Below, in pieces: positions 62,386-64,000 of a stretch of 64,000 nucleotides of DNA. The DNA lies in NCBI GenBank assembly GCA_030704615.1, contig CM060734.1, forward strand, positions 20,088,001 through 20,152,000, written 5' to 3'. Numbering within the stretch: position 1 is the first letter of the stretch; the number at the start of each line of letters is the position of its first letter. Position numbers and translations under genes: made by a program. The notes under the pieces are model-generated. The model ran no database searches and was not told the origin of the DNA. It saw nothing but the letters and a program-made list of their open reading frames with translations. The DNA comes from Takakia lepidozioides (Eukaryota; Plantae; Bryophyta).

Positions 62386-64000
62386 CAGGAGATAAAAAAA
62401 AACCTGCTTCTCATTTCTTCATTCCTAGGCAAGCATTCTTGCTTTCTGGACAGAATTTGTGTTGTCACGTCCTCAGGCTGAATCTAGATAGAGAGAGTAG
62501 ACCTTGAATCATCACAACGAGTTTGTGTGATGGATAATTAACGTGGGTGGTGACGTTGGAGCTTTTGCTTGGGTGTGTGGATGAAACTGCTTTGGAAGTC
62601 TGAGTCAGTCGTGACCTCTTCGTGAGATTCCGTCTTCTCTGCCAGGCCCATCTATCAACTACATTCCCCAGATAGGATTAAGTCCGGTAGAGGAATGGGA
62701 ACAAACCCATAGCGCCGGAATCGTGGTAGAGATGCAGGGTAACTAAAAATCATTGACAGAGGATTTAGCTCGTATGAAACACTTGAGAACAGTAGATTGT
62801 GTACGGGGGATCCTGCATTATTGAAGTGAGAGGTAGTGGCAAAATGGCGGCTTGTGTATCGCGCACAGAGAGAGAGAGAGAGAAAGAGTTTGTCTGCTCG
62901 AGCTTTTCTGTGTTTTGAGAGTTTCGCAACTGAGCACTATGGCTTCCAGTTCTGAACGTGGTTGGTTTGAGCTTGATCAATTCGAGGTCTCGCGCTTGAA
63001 GCAGACTCTGGCATTGGAATCTCGCTACATTTGCGAGCTTGCACCCAACCTGTTGCCTGAGCAGTTGGTGTTTGTCAATTATCCGGAGGGAGAACCTATT
63101 CCACGGCCTGAGCTCCCGCTGGACACGCCCTCGGAGTTCTGGGCCAAGACCTTTGAGGAAACTGCGCGCAAAGAGGCTTGCAAACCCATACGGAGCAGAG
63201 GGAGCAGAGCCGGCGCATTCGCGAGTCTCTTCAGGGAGCCTATGCCGCACGCCTTCTCCTCAAGCTTCATTCCAAGGAAGTCACTCTGCACATTCCCCTT
63301 GCTAGTGCCAAAGAGCAGTTGGAGAGTGGTGAAAAGCTTTGTCGTGCGCATACATATCGCTACACAACTACATCGCTGTCCAAAACCACACAACACATGT
63401 GCACACCACACACTAGTATACCACTAGTCCACCACTAGTCCAACCACTAGGCTACAACTAGTCAGTCACTAGGCTGCCACTATGCTGCCCACTATGGCAG
63501 TCACTAGTCCACACAATCGCCCCCCTAGCTGGTGCTTAGGTCCCTCTAAGTCCAGGTAGCCACAAGATGTGATAATGACCATAGCCTCACTAAGTCCTCC
63601 TGTCGCGGCCCTTTGCCTTGAGGGCAGGGGGTCGGGACACATGAGGGGCTGCCCATGTGGTGGGGGCATCGACAGCGATAGGTATGGGGGGCTGAAGCAC
63701 CCTTGAGTGCCCAAGGCACTGAAGGAGGCGGAGGCGCTCACTAGGTGGAGCCCCGCACACCGGGTTGCGGTGGGGGTGGCTCCACAAGGGGTGGTGGTAG
63801 CTAGCGGGACTTAGTGGGGGTGGCATAGGACTCACCATGGGGGCGGAGACCTCGTGGTGGGAGTCGTGGGGAGTCTTGGGACTCATCACGGTCCATAGGG
63901 GCCGTGGTGAGTGGGCCAAGACTCACCGCGACTCATCACCGGGAGTCGAGGGTTTTCCCCCGCGGACAGCTACAGAAGTATATATAGGGAGTAGTAACCC

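Overview
Intron-rich eukaryotic nuclear DNA from a land plant, probably a non-seed plant (inferred from gene and transposon content, not proven). A central gene cluster at about 20.5-43.6 kb holds a small glycine-rich membrane protein, homocysteine S-methyltransferase, dihydroorotase, TRM8/METTL1 tRNA m7G methyltransferase, PRL1 and an ASR (ABA/WDS) protein. It is flanked by nested transposon debris: Copia, Gypsy, an RTE-like LINE, an RNase H + restriction-like-endonuclease LINE and a CACTA end. The flanks also hold gene relics: O-methyltransferase, OSB/PDF-motif repeats, a CYP72-clan P450 and an intronless Sin3-like copy. The most notable element is a 4.4 kb DNA transposon (5831-10263) with a perfect 9-bp target-site duplication and degenerate TIRs, inserted in the Copia RNase H. 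It carries an intron-containing fragment resembling a bacterial-type beta-class DNA N4-cytosine/N6-adenine methyltransferase, a divergently oriented SWIM zinc-finger fragment and a ~1.2 kb tandem-repeat array. A second theme is that many genes here have single lesions (stops, frameshifts, exon loss) while PRL1 and dihydroorotase look intact. All calls come from reading the sequence by eye; no database searches were run.
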